Shown one piece after another: positions 24,642 to 36,977 of a stretch of 64,000 nt of DNA. The notes under the pieces were generated by a model. It saw only the letters and a program-made list of their open reading frames with translations, did no database searches and was not told the origin of the DNA. Position numbers and translations under genes: made by a program. Each line of letters starts with the position of its first letter. Positions within the stretch are counted from its first letter, which is position 1. Source of the DNA: Azolla caroliniana (Eukaryota > Plantae > Polypodiophyta); NCBI GenBank assembly GCA_043228905.1, contig JBHGNT010000003.1, forward strand, positions 11,594,001 through 11,658,000, in the 5' to 3' direction.

Positions 24642-25946
24642 ATATTTATGTTTATCACATGTATACAATTAAATACGTATACACGTGATTACATATATGC
24701 ATATATTTTAAAAAATCGTAACATCTCATAGCCAATGAATGATGTAATCGGGATACGTAATTGATGCATATAGCCTCTATGCACACGAAAAACATCCAAA
24801 ATAAGGGTGAACGTAATACGCAATTGAGGTATTGACCTCTTACGCATACGACACCAATCGCATATCATTTACATAGAAATCGAGGTATTGACCTCATATG
24901 CATACGTAACATATGTATGTGAGCGTAATACACAATTGAGCTATTGACCTCATACGCATACGACACAAATCACATATCAAATATATGTCAAATGAGGTAT
25001 TGACCTCATACACATATGTAAACGTTTTATACAACCAATTAATTACCACTACAACATATTGAATCAATGTTACCGGCCGGCAAAGGAGTCCAGAGTGGGA
25101 AACGGAGGAGTTAATTAATTATTAGGAATGGTTGTAAGTAAGCTATTAGTGTGGACGGACGGACCGGAATCGGTATGCCGTTCCGGATCCGGACCGATCC
25201 CGAACAGGTGCGGATGGCACCGTTTTGTACTACAGACCGGAAACCTATTTAAAGGCCCGGATACAATGTAATGAGCAACGGTTAATTAATAAAGCTTAAT
25301 GTTTTTATCTCTCTGTGTGTTAATTGCCGTTCTGCATTCATCGTTATATCTTACGCGTGTGATCATTAAGGATGATCTTGCTAAGTAACCTAATTAAGGC
25401 GGATTAATCTTTGAAGTATAATCCTCTTGCCGTAACACCCCTTGCCGTAATCCTCAATATTACCGGCTGGCAAAGGAGTCCAGAGTGGGAAACGGAGGAG
25501 TTAATTAATTATTAGGAATGGTTGTAAGTAATCTATTAGTGTGGACGGACGGACCGGAATCGGTATGCCGTTCCAGATCCGGACCGATCCCGAACAGGTG
25601 CGGATGGCACTGTTTTGTACTACAGACCGGAAACCTATTTAAAGGCCCGGATACAATGTAATGAGCAGCGGTTAATTAATAAAGCTTAATGTTTTTATCT
25701 CTCTGTGTGTTAATTGCCGTTCTGCATTCATCGTTATATCTTACGCGTGTGATCATTAAGGACGATCTTGCTAAGTAACCTAATTAAGGCGGATTAATCG
25801 TTGAAGTATAATCCTCTTGTCGTAACACCCCTTGGTGAAGTGTCTTTCGTAGACACCCTATGTTAGGCCATTGTCCGGCCCTAAGAGTTAACACAGTTTT
25901 TGGCGACAATGATTCTTGTTTTTGCAGCGAACGACGGCACGGATGG

Positions 25947-28900
25947 ATGACTAGATCAACGCACGACCTGGTTATAGATCGAACTCGACGCCTTGCCGAA
26001 AGGCAAAGGAGACGTGAGGCTTTCCAGCAAGCGGCGCAGGGAATTAGAGCGGATCGCTCGTTTTCCAACATAATCCGGAGAGTAGCGGAGGACTCCCTCT
26101 GATTACAGCAAACATCGCACTCGGACGACGGCAACAGCCTAAGCAACCTCCGGGAAACCGAATCCCTTCTCCAGGCGTTGGCAAACGGAGAAGGCGAAGA
26201 AGAAGCCTTTTCAACGTATGAATTGGATTCCAAAGGGGAATACAGCGTGCACACGAACTACCGTAGCAGCAACGAAACCCCGGGCGGACCGGAGGACGAA
26301 GGATCGGACACCTTACCGACACCGGAACCAGAAGTGTTAAGGTTGGAACCTCCGGAACCAGCAGAGGAAGAGCGACCTCCGACACCGGAAGTCGAGGAGG
26401 AGAGGCCGCCGTCACCAAAAGAAGAGGAAAGACCACCGAAGCCGGAAACAAATCAGGAAAGACCACCGATGCCGGAGAAAAACCAGGAACGACCACCAAC
26501 ACCGCCAGCCCGCGCACCGATACCGGATGACGACATGTCGTTCCAATACTCCAAGTATAGAGATGATTCGGACGCGGAAGCTCATGTTCACGCCTTTGAA
26601 CAGACATGGCAAGCAAACCATGTGTCCCAACGATTGACCCCGGAGGAAGAGGAACGCTCTAAGATAGCGGAATTTGCCGTCACATTGGAGGGACCGGCAG
26701 CAAGATGGCGTCGGACGCAGGACCCGTCTACCATCACCACCTTTGCAGATTTAAAAGCTAAATTCTTGCATTTTTTCCAAAAGGAGGTGGACCAGACAGT
26801 AATGGTGGGCTTATTTTATACCATCCGACAGGAGGCAGGGGAGAGCATTCCCCAGTTTGTCATCCAGTTTCAACGGATGCATAGTCAGCTTGCCCGCGCA
26901 CCCCCGGAGGAGGAATTACGGACTATATTCCTAAATGCGCCTACGCACGGTTTGCACGGTAATTGACTTCCACACGGTTTGCATAGTAATTGACTTCCGC
27001 GCAAGTACCATCGACCAGGTCATTGACTGTGTGAGAGAGATGGAAAAGACAAGCTCCTGGCTCACACTGGGAGCACTCCAACGGGCGTTACCGTCCGATG
27101 AAGACCTCCGGTTTCGGTAAGCAATACAGTGTACAACCTGCTTGAATTCCGGACACTCGGCACTAGAATGCACTATGAGGACGCAATGTGTAATCTGTCA
27201 ATCCAAGGGCCATACGACGGATAGGTGCGAGTATAATCTATTGAACCGGCAAGCACCACCCGTCCGACAAATAGAGCCACGCAGCAGCTGGGATGATGAA
27301 GAGGAACGCTGGCGGCGAATGGACCGCGACCGACCAGCACAGGATGTCCGGTATGGTGATCGACGGGAGAATGATGTCCGGTACGGTGATCGACGGGATA
27401 ACTATGACCAGCATGATAGATATGATCGGTACCGGGATTACAATAGACGATACGAACATTACGATCGGGAGCACTCCCCCGGGTATCGTCAGCAACGGGA
27501 GGAATACAGCAGATATAACGACCAACCTCGTCAAGAGTACCGCAATAAGAAGAACTATAACAGAAAACGGCATTTCATAAAAGGTGGCTACCCACGGGAT
27601 CCGGAACAAGGCGCTTCAAGCAGCCAACCGGCCCAAAACCCCGTGCTTACGAAGGGACCGGCCTCAGGTACAACAGACAATGCCGAATCCAGCAATACCC
27701 GGAAAGCCTACTGCTACTACTGCTGACAGGAAGGCCATTATAGTAATCAATGCCCGGCGAAGACCTATGACAAACGACCGGCAGTAAATATGGTAGTCCC
27801 TGAAGTGGTAGATCTATAGCAGGTGACCACAAGGTCGAAGGGCATGGCCAAGGAATGGGAGACGCAGGAGACCATCCGGAAGCAAGCGACGGAATGGGTG
27901 AAGAAAGCGAACAAGCAAAATGTCACAGACTTATAGCAGCAAAAGGAGAACACCGTAGGGCTTGCCGGCGGCAGTCACTCCGAGAACGAGACATGGCAGG
28001 CGTTGCAAGAATGCCAGATTACGCTGCCACTAGGAAGACTCCTACAGCTCGTGCCGAGATTCACGGAAGGATTGAAGACAGCCATGACGGAAGGAGAATC
28101 ATCACCGGCACCGGTACTCTTCTAGAATCCGGAGGAGGGACCAACAGTGGTGGACACCAACAGTCCGGTAATTACTGCCATTATAAAAGGGAAAGAACTC
28201 CCCGGCACAGTAATAGACGGAGGCTCCGGGGTGAATGTAATAAGCCTCCGGAAGTGTGATGCCCTGGGAATCCACGAGTGGGAGTCGTGTCCGTTCTGGT
28301 TACGAATGGCCGATACAAGCTCAGTGCGCCAGACAGGATTAATACGAAAATTAGAAGTCATCGTTGGCGGTCATACATTTCACATCTCGGCAATAGTGCT
28401 ACAATTACAGGCACAAGGCGCATACCCGCTATTGCTGGGGCGGCCGTGGTTGAAAACGGCACATATCAAACAGAATTGGAGGAAAAATATAATTACCTTC
28501 CGGCGAGGAAAAGCCAAGGTACGGGTACCAACACAACCAAGGACGAGCACTGGCAAGGAATGTACACCGTTGTATGCAGAGTGCGTCAACCTACTAGAAG
28601 GGTTAGCTGACGAAGAAGAAGCTCAGTACTTGCAGGAAAACCCGAAGATCGTACCCCTCTTCGAAATTGACATTGCTGAAGCAGTAGCACCATACTTACT
28701 GCAGCCGGAAGAGACTGAAGCAGAACCGGATAAAGACGCAATCCAAGAGTTACAGCAAGCGCAGGAAGCGTTGGAACGGGAAATGGCCGTTTCACATCGC
28801 GTAAAAGCGTCGCAACTTGAAGAGGTGAACCTAGGGACCACGGACGAAGCAAAACCGGTGCACATCGCCAAGGAGATGAAGTCCGAAGACAAAACGGCGA

Positions 28901-31765
28901 TGATTACACTTCTCACGGAATTTCGCGACGTGTTCGCCTGGTCATACGAAGACATGCGAGGGCTCGACCCTTAGTTATACCAGCATCAGATTCACTTGAG
29001 CAAGGACGCAAACCAGTGGCACAGAGACGGTACCGGATGAATCCCAATTATGCCGCCAAAGTCAAGGAGGAAATCGACAAACTGCTAAGAGTGGGCTTTA
29101 TCTATCCAGTAAAGAAAGAGACATGGCTGAGCCCGATTGTAGTCATACCGAAGAAGAACGGAAAAATTCGAGTTTGTGTGGACTACCGGAAACTCAATGC
29201 AGCTACGGTAACGGATGCGTTTCCACTTCCGTTCACAGATGGAGTGTTGGATGCCGTCGCCGGCCATGAGGTCTATAGTTTTCTAGACGGATTCAGCGGG
29301 TACAATCAGATCCGGATGCACCCGGACGACCAAGAGAAAACGGCTTTCGTCACCGAATGGGGGGTGTTTGTGGCCGTGGTGATGATGTTCGGACTCAAAA
29401 CCGCACCGGCAACATTTCAACGAATCATCATGGAAATCTTTGGTGAATATATTCCGGCTTTTATGCAGGTTTTCCTTGACGATTTCGCCATCTATAGCCG
29501 GGAGGAGGACCATTTTCAGTACCTCCGTCTTTGTCTAGAAAAGTGTAGAGCGTACCGGCTAAGCTTGAATCCGGCAAAGTGTGTATTTGGCGTGTCTAGT
29601 GGAACCTTATTAGGACATATTGTGAGCCAAGGAGGTATTGCAGTCGACCCGGATAAAGTGAAAGCCATATTAGAAGCACCAGCACCGGCAACGGCAACGG
29701 CATTGAGCCGGTTCTTAGGCCAGATCCGGTGGCACAGCCGGATGCTCCGATACTTGGCCGACCTGGCTACACTGTTGCATGCCGCCGTACATCGAACACC
29801 ATTCCAGTGGACCGACACCGAGGATAGGGCGTATAGGGCCCTCAAGGTACTATTGTCACAAGCACCAGTAGTGCAGCCTCCGGATTGGAGTAAAGAATTT
29901 CATGTGTTCGTGGACGCCTCCGACATCGCAATCGGAAGCGTACTGATGCAGCTTACGGAGCCAAAGTGGTACCGGCCAGTGTACTATGCCAGCCGAAAGT
30001 TATCCCAAGTGGAACGGAACTACTCTACCACGGAATGGGAAGCTCTAGGGATGATCTACAGTGTGACAAAGTTTCGGCATTATTTATTGGGAAGGAAGTT
30101 TTCCTTCCATGTAGATCATTCGGCACTCCTCTACCTGGTGTCCAAGGCGTCACTCACCGGTAAATTGGCCCGGTGGACCTTACTGTTACAGGAATTCGAG
30201 TTCGAAATATTCCACCGACCCGGTATACAGCATGCCATAGCGGATTATTTAAGCCGATTAGAGTCCGGAGAGACGGGCGACGGAGTAGCGGACGAGTTTC
30301 CGGATGCGGAGCTGTTTCGAGTCACTACGGAAACGGTAGCAGATGAGACGGTGGCACAGGAAGACAAGTGGCTCACAAATATGCACCAATTTCTGAGCAC
30401 AGGACTGCCTCCGGAAGAGATGAACCGGGACGAAAGGAAACGCCTGGCGGTGCAAAGCCGACATTTCTGCTTCCTGCGAGACACACTTTACCACAAGGGC
30501 GTGGACGGCATTTGGAGACGGGCTGTGCGCAGCGATGAAAAGGACCTCATACTGAGGGAAGCCCACTGCGGAGTTGCCGGAGGTCACTATGACGAAGATG
30601 CGACGGCCAGGAAAATATGGCAAAGTGGCTTATGGTGGCCAACTACATTAAGAGATGTTGTACGGTACGCAAAAGAATGTGACCTATGCCAACCAACAGA
30701 GTAGGGTCGGATGCCACACCAGCCTGTACTACCACTCGAGCCATTCCAAAAGTGGGGGTTGGACTTTGTTGGACCGTTCAAACCACCGGCAATGAGAACA
30801 GGTAATCGGTACGTCATCGTCGCGACGGATTACTGCACGAAATGGGTGGAGGCCAAAGCCTTAAGAGTGAACACCGCTGCGTCAACGGCAAAATTTCTAT
30901 ACGAATACATCTGGTGCCGTTACGGATGCCCAATCGAATTAATAAACGACCAAGGGGGGGCACTTTCTCGGCCAAGTAGTTGAAAGCCTGACGACATTCT
31001 ATGTCGTTGTCCATAAACGGAGCACGCCATACTATCCGCAAGCAAACGGGTTAGCTGAATCGACGAACAAAACGCTCCAGAATATCCTCCGGAAGATTGT
31101 CAACGAAAACCGAACGGATTGGGATACCAAGCTACATAGCGCGCTTTGGGCATACCGGACAGCATATAAAACGAGCATCCGAACAACACCGTTCCGGTTA
31201 GCGTTCGGACTAGAGGTAGTAATGCCAGTGGAATTCCAAGTACCCAGCTTACGAATCCAGCTACGGGAAAGGCTGAACGAGAAGGAGTCGGAGGCAATAC
31301 GGTTAGCAGCGCTGTGTGAACTCGAGGAGCAACGACTGGCAAGCATCCTGCACTTAGATTTGGAACAACGGTGACGGAAAGCATTTGTCGACCGGCACCG
31401 GAAAGGAAATGAAAAAATGTTCGCAATCAGCAAGCCGGTGTTAGTATTTCAGGCCCGGATGGGCAAGATGCCGGGTAAACTACGGTTTAGATGGATCGGC
31501 CCGTATTGGCTGACACGTGAGTATAATGGGTCCTACTAGTTAGGGACACTTGTCGGCGAAGTGCTAGGCAAATGGGTCAACGGATTCTGATTGAAGCCAT
31601 ATAGAGGACCGATGCACAAAAACCCATTTGAGCAAAGGACCGACACCGGTGCGGAAACGGCAACCTATGAGGGAAACGGCAACCACCAAGACGGCAGAGA
31701 CGGCGAGCCGGTATCTGGGGAGAATGAGGCCGGTAAGGGTCCGATAGGACCAACGGACAAGTAAC
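25947..31765 (+). pseudogene. gag-pol of element D with multiple stops and frameshifts
   Basis: ORF fragments 26178-26966, 27142-27726, 28147-28974, 29016-30704 and 30711-30983 are closely similar to the A proteins. Confidence 0.95.
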
Positions 31766-32137
31766 CTCACACTAACATTTAAAATAAAATAAAATAAAAT
31801 AACGAAGTAATCATGCAAAAGCGAGGTATGAATGGACGAGAGAGCGAGGAGCGAAAAGGTATGTAGTGGGCATTTAAGCGCCACCACAAGACATAATGCT
31901 ATTTTAGTACACGACGTGCACACACTCGAAAAAGGCGCCAGAATGCACAAAGAAAAACCACTGCGCGTGGACACCCTCTACTTTCGCGAACCCAGGAGCA
32001 CAGAAGCACCAAGGCGCTGGAAGATCATCAGACGAGAACCTACGCACAGAGAACCCCCGCTTTCTGAACTCTCTCTCTCTCAACCTCACTCTCATCACCA
32101 TCCAACCTCGCCACCACAATCCGACCTCGACACAGAC

Positions 32138-35100
32138 ATGGACCCGCAAACGCTGTCAGAAGCCGCCAAGAAATGGCTAAACCAACACGGGCTCGAGGGC
32201 TTCTTGACGATTATGGAGGTACCGCCACACAAAGAAGCCGACAAAGTGATCAAAGATATTGACACAGAGGTCATAACGGCGGAGGCGATCCGTGCGTTAA
32301 CAGGCCTTCCGGAGGGAGGCATACTCACGATTGACAATCCGACCTCGGAGCAACTCATCAAGTATTTTGGTGAGTACTCCCTAGCCAGCAAGGGCTACCG
32401 GACACAGGGCGGTGGAGATATGATGTTTCGCGAGATTGTTCGTGTGCTCCACGAATACGGCCATGTGTACCCTAGACCCCCTGTCATGCCGCAGAACCGG
32501 GCAGGGATGATCATCGCCACCTATGAAGGGATCAAGGTGGATTGGCCGGTATTGATCGCAGATGGGTTGTGTGCGGCGATCGAGATCGTCAGAGGCAAAG
32601 ACGCCAAAAGAAGGCCGAGACAGACGGAGGATATGGCACGCAGTAACGCAGTGGCTCACCTTACTTGTGCCACCCGTCCAGCCCGTCCAGCCCAAGAAGC
32701 GGGGAAGAGTGGCGGACGGCACCCCAAAGACTGCTTCCAAAAGACAACAGTTGTTGGCCTCTAAGGCCACTAAGGGGAAGGCGGCGGACGCAGAACAGGC
32801 GAGAAAGGAGAGCGCCAGCCAGAAGTGGCCAACGGATGTGCAAGAGGAACCACCGGTACGGCCCGTAAAGGTTACACTCCGCCGACTGGTGAATAGAGAA
32901 GCGGACCCCTTGGCGGCAAAACTCAATGCCAGGACTCAGGAAGAGGAAATAGAGGAGGAGCCTACGGAGCACCTCCAGCGACGGTCGTCGGCAAGGACCG
33001 TTGAGGCAGCCGGGAAACGTTCGGACCCTCAGACGGAGGGAACACCGGCTCCCCATACTGAGACTCCCACGCCAAGGGAGGAACCGGAACCGGTGCGCAT
33101 GGCACCGGAATCAGAAGCCCCTGCACCACTGGCAACACTGGCAAGTCCCATCCCACCAGAGCCGGAAAGGTCAATGCAGCCTCCCTCGGCCAACCAAGAA
33201 GAAGCGCAAGGGGAACCAGGACAGCAGGGTGGTCCACGGGCAGAAACAAAATTGCAACTCGGCGCAATCAGGCAGGACCACCCACCTACAAGCGAGCCCA
33301 TCCGTCAAACCTCTGTTCAAGCGCAACAACAATGCACCGGTAGCCTGTGGCTCCGGTGGATAGGCGAACAGATTGCCGGAGCAGTGGGGTATATTGAGGC
33401 AGAAGAAAGAGCGTAAAGTGTTGAGAGACAAGCTCAACATCGGCCGGATTGGCTGAAGAAGCCGAGGACCGGATCGGTTGGGACTGATCGGTTAGGCCGA
33501 ATGCGTAAACCGATACGCAGACCGGTGCGTAGGTAGGGCCGGATCGGTGCGTAAACCGGGAGGCCGTTAGGAAAGATATTCTGTAAGGAATATATTTGGG
33601 AGTTAGTGTAGGAGCTCTTAATGAGCATTGAAGTACTGTCAGTACTTCTGTCAGTCCTTCTAGGGCTTGTATAAAAGTGTTCATTGAACACACATATGTA
33701 TAGAGTACTTCTTTGTTGAATATAGTTCTCGTGTTTTTCTCACTATCTCTGTCTCTCCCGCGTATACTGCATAAGCTCAAGCTCTCCATTAAACCTGAGC
33801 GTTCTTCCTTCTGTTCGGTCTTCATACTTTCTTCCGCACGCTACTTTTTACATGGTATCAGAGCGGGAGGGTTGAGAACCTCTCTGCAACCGACATAGCT
33901 TGACGAAGAAGAACAAGAAGAGCGATGGATAGAGGCATGGCGAGCTCGCTTCCAACAGAGAAGCTCGACAAAACCAACTACGCGTCTTGGTCCTACAAGA
34001 TGCACTAGTACCTGCTCGGGCACGGCTACTGGAGTTATGTCGAAGGAGCTAATGACGCGGCACCCGAATCGACACACAGAGATTTCCCGTCATGGGAGCA
34101 ATCGGCGAGCAGGGTATTATACTGCTTCGCGTCGTGTGTGGGCGAACAGCTATTAAGCTATGTTCGGGATGCAAAGACGCCGAAGGGTGCGTGGGAAAAT
34201 CTGAAGAAGATTTTCGCCACGAGCACCACAGCCAGGAAGCTTCAGCTCCGACAGGAGTTGAGCAACCTACGACAACGCGACTTGTCGGTGGCGGACTATA
34301 CCTCGAAGATCAAGGATATCTGCGACTCCCTCGCCTCCATAGACGTGAACATCGAGGAGAGCGAGATGGTCCAGATCTGTCTCGGAGGTTTGGCGTCGAA
34401 GTTCAGAGCGTTCTGAACGGTTGTGTGTACCCAGGAGAGTACGTCGTCCTTTTTCGACTTACATTCAATGCTCCTGGTAGAGGAGAACCACGCGGGTGCA
34501 TCTACAAGCACGCACACCGACAGCAGAATGTTGTACACGGAGGGAGATAGGCCCCGTGGACGTGGAGGACGAGGCGAGTCGGCGCGCAATGGAGGCTGCC
34601 GACGAGATCAAGGAAGAAGGCACCGAAGTGATGCCGACAGCAACTTTGGACCCTCCGGAAACAGGGGGAGTCGAAGCGATGAGAACCGACAAGGGAAGGC
34701 CATCGTGGAGTGCTGGTATTGTGGCAAGAAAGGCCACAGGGAAAGTGAGTGCTGGAAGAAGCGCGCCGCAGGAGGAGCGTCAACACCGCAACAGCAGAAG
34801 AGCTGATAAGGGCCACATGAGCAGACAAGCCGACCGGAAGGGTCGAAGCGCGCGGAGTCGAATAGGTCGAGGAGCGCGAGCAAGGCGTGAAGCCAGGAGG
34901 AACCGGAGTTGTGAGCCCGAAGATCCCGAAGAGCCTCAAGTTGAGCTTGAGGGGGAGTGTTGAGAGACAAGCTCAACATCGGCCGGATCGGTTGAAGAAG
35001 CCGAGGACCGGATCGGTTGGGACTGATCGGTTAGGCCGAATGCGTAAACCGATACGCAGACCGGTGCGTAGGTAGGGCCGGATTGGTGCGTAAACCGGGA

Positions 35101-36924
35101 GGCCGTTAGGGAAGATATTCCGTAAGGAATATATTTGGGAGTTAGTGTAGGAGCTCTTAATGAGCATTGAAGTACTGTCAGTACTTCTGTCAGTCCTTCT
35201 AGGGCTTCTATAAAAGTGTTCATTGAACACACATATGTATAGAGTTGTGAATAGAGATTGAGTACTTCTTTGTTGAATATAGTTCTCGTGTTTTTCTCAC
35301 TATCTCTGTCTCTCCCACGTATACTGCATAAGCTCAAGCTCTGCATTAAACCTGAGCGTTCTTCCTTCTGTTCGGTCTTCATACTTGCTTCCGCACGCTA
35401 CTTTTTACACAAAGCGAACGGTTGCTCGTCACAACCGAACAACTAGAGACGGCCCGGTCTAGAATCCGGTGCCTTGAAAAAGACTTGGATCAGGTCACGG
35501 CAGAAATGGCCTTAACGGCAACACAGATCCAATCACAGGTGACTCCGGTAAGTGTACAGAATAAAGAACCAGACCAACCTGTACATACTAATAAGACCCC
35601 GGCAAAGGAACCCGTCACAGAGAGAGATGCGGCGCAAGCCCAGGAGCTTGCGGAATAGAGAGATGAACTTGCCGCACAAGAAGCGTAATGAGCCGTGAAC
35701 AGGAATTGAAGACAGCGGCCGAAGCAGAATTAAAGAAGACTGCTGAGAACCTCCGCCGGGCAGAGGAGAGCCTCCGGAAAGGCCATCAAGCGTACGACCG
35801 GTTAAGGGAGGAAAAAGACAAAGTGCTGCAGGAAAAGGACAAGTTGTGGAAGACGGCAGAAACGGAAATTGAACGGCTAAAGGAAGAGCTTCGCCAGCAG
35901 AAGGACCGCGAGGACCGAGCCCGTCGACAGATCAACGCACGGCTCAAGCAAAAGACAGATGATTTTGAGCACCTGCACCGGGACTACAAACGGCTGGAAA
36001 CGGAGCATAAGGAACGGGTAGCCGAGCTCCAACAGGAAGTTGATCGGGCCGCGATGGCGCTCGCCGACAAACGAGCGGAAAATACAAGACGGTTGGACGA
36101 GGCAAAGAAGGTCCGGATGGAGCTCCAGAAGCAGCAGCAAGAAGAAAAGGAGAGAGCGTCAACGGTATTGCAAAAATTACAAAGCACATATCAAAAGCAA
36201 TTGACGCATTACAAGGAGCAGGCGGAAGACAACCTCAAAATCATCAAGCAATTGAAGGAGGAACGGCAAGCTGCGGAGATCAAATCGCAGTTGGGAACGG
36301 GCCGGATTCAGTGCATCCTCTGGGCAAAGTGGCGAACGCTTGATTGACGAAAGCTCCATAAGATGGTGGACAAAGTGGGCACAAAATGCGACGGAACTCC
36401 AATTGCTACGGGCAGACGTGGCAAACCGGCAGAAGGAAGGAGATGATTGTTACACGTTGACTTCTGAGGACTTCACCGCCATACGGGACGAGCTGGCCGA
36501 AGACTTCCAAGTCCTGGCCGATGAACAGCTGGCGCAGGTCCGGCAACTCGTAGCTCAGCTAGACGATGATAGGCTGGACGCTCAAATCCAGTTTGAAAGC
36601 TACGAGCGGTCCCAGGTTCGGGAAGAAAAAGCATGGGAAGCGGCAACGGTTAACCTTAGTGATGAGGAACCGTCGTCGGCCGAGGGCCAGGCCGAAACCA
36701 GTCAACCGGAGACCACTATGACGGAGGGAGCAACGACGGAGACGCCGGTGTCAAAGCAACAAACGGAGGAACAACCGCAACAGCCACCAAAGGACCAATC
36801 GCACCAGCCATCAATGGAGCAGCAACAGCAACAACAACAACCACAACAACAACAACAACCAATTCCAGATGAACCATTGGAGACTCTCGAACAAAGCATT
36901 CTGGATATTTTGGACGAAGAATAG
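32138..36924 (+). pseudogene. Sense accessory ORF of element D (~900 aa reconstructed: N-terminal globular domain, Pro/Glu linker, coiled coil, conserved C-terminal block); split by Copia E
   Basis: Starts MDPQTLSEAAKKWLNQHGLEGF. Removing E restores the frame EAEERA(Q)SERLLVTTEQLE. Ends ILDILDEE* at 36924. Homologous to the ORF at 40145-42544 in H. Confidence 0.8.
33419..35409 (+). mobile_element. Non-autonomous gag-only Copia element E (~2 kb)
   Basis: LTRs 33419-33852 and 34958-35409 differ by an 18-bp indel. PBS TGGTATCAGAGC at 33853-33864, PPT GAGGGGGAG at 34949-34957, TSD TAAAG/CAAAG. Gag with CWYCGKKGHRESEC; no pol. Confidence 0.95.
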
Positions 36925-36960
36925 CAAGGGTCAGATGGTGGATTTGACGTACAAGGTACT

Positions 36961-36977
36961 GTCCCACGGGCGTGCCA
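36961..36977 (+). promoter_or_regulatory. tRNA-3'-end-like motif GTCCCACGGGCGTGCCA at the PPT position of element D
   Basis: 2 nt upstream of the 3' LTR with no adjacent purine tract. Conserved in H. Function is inferred. Confidence 0.7.

Noticed and set aside
32138-36924. env gene in D and H
   Set aside because: No signal peptide or hydrophobic transmembrane stretch is visible; the protein is hydrophilic and coiled-coil.
36961-36977. A tRNA gene or tRNA-derived SINE
   Set aside because: Only ~17 nt of 3'-end similarity, including an encoded CCA, with no A/B boxes or cloverleaf upstream.
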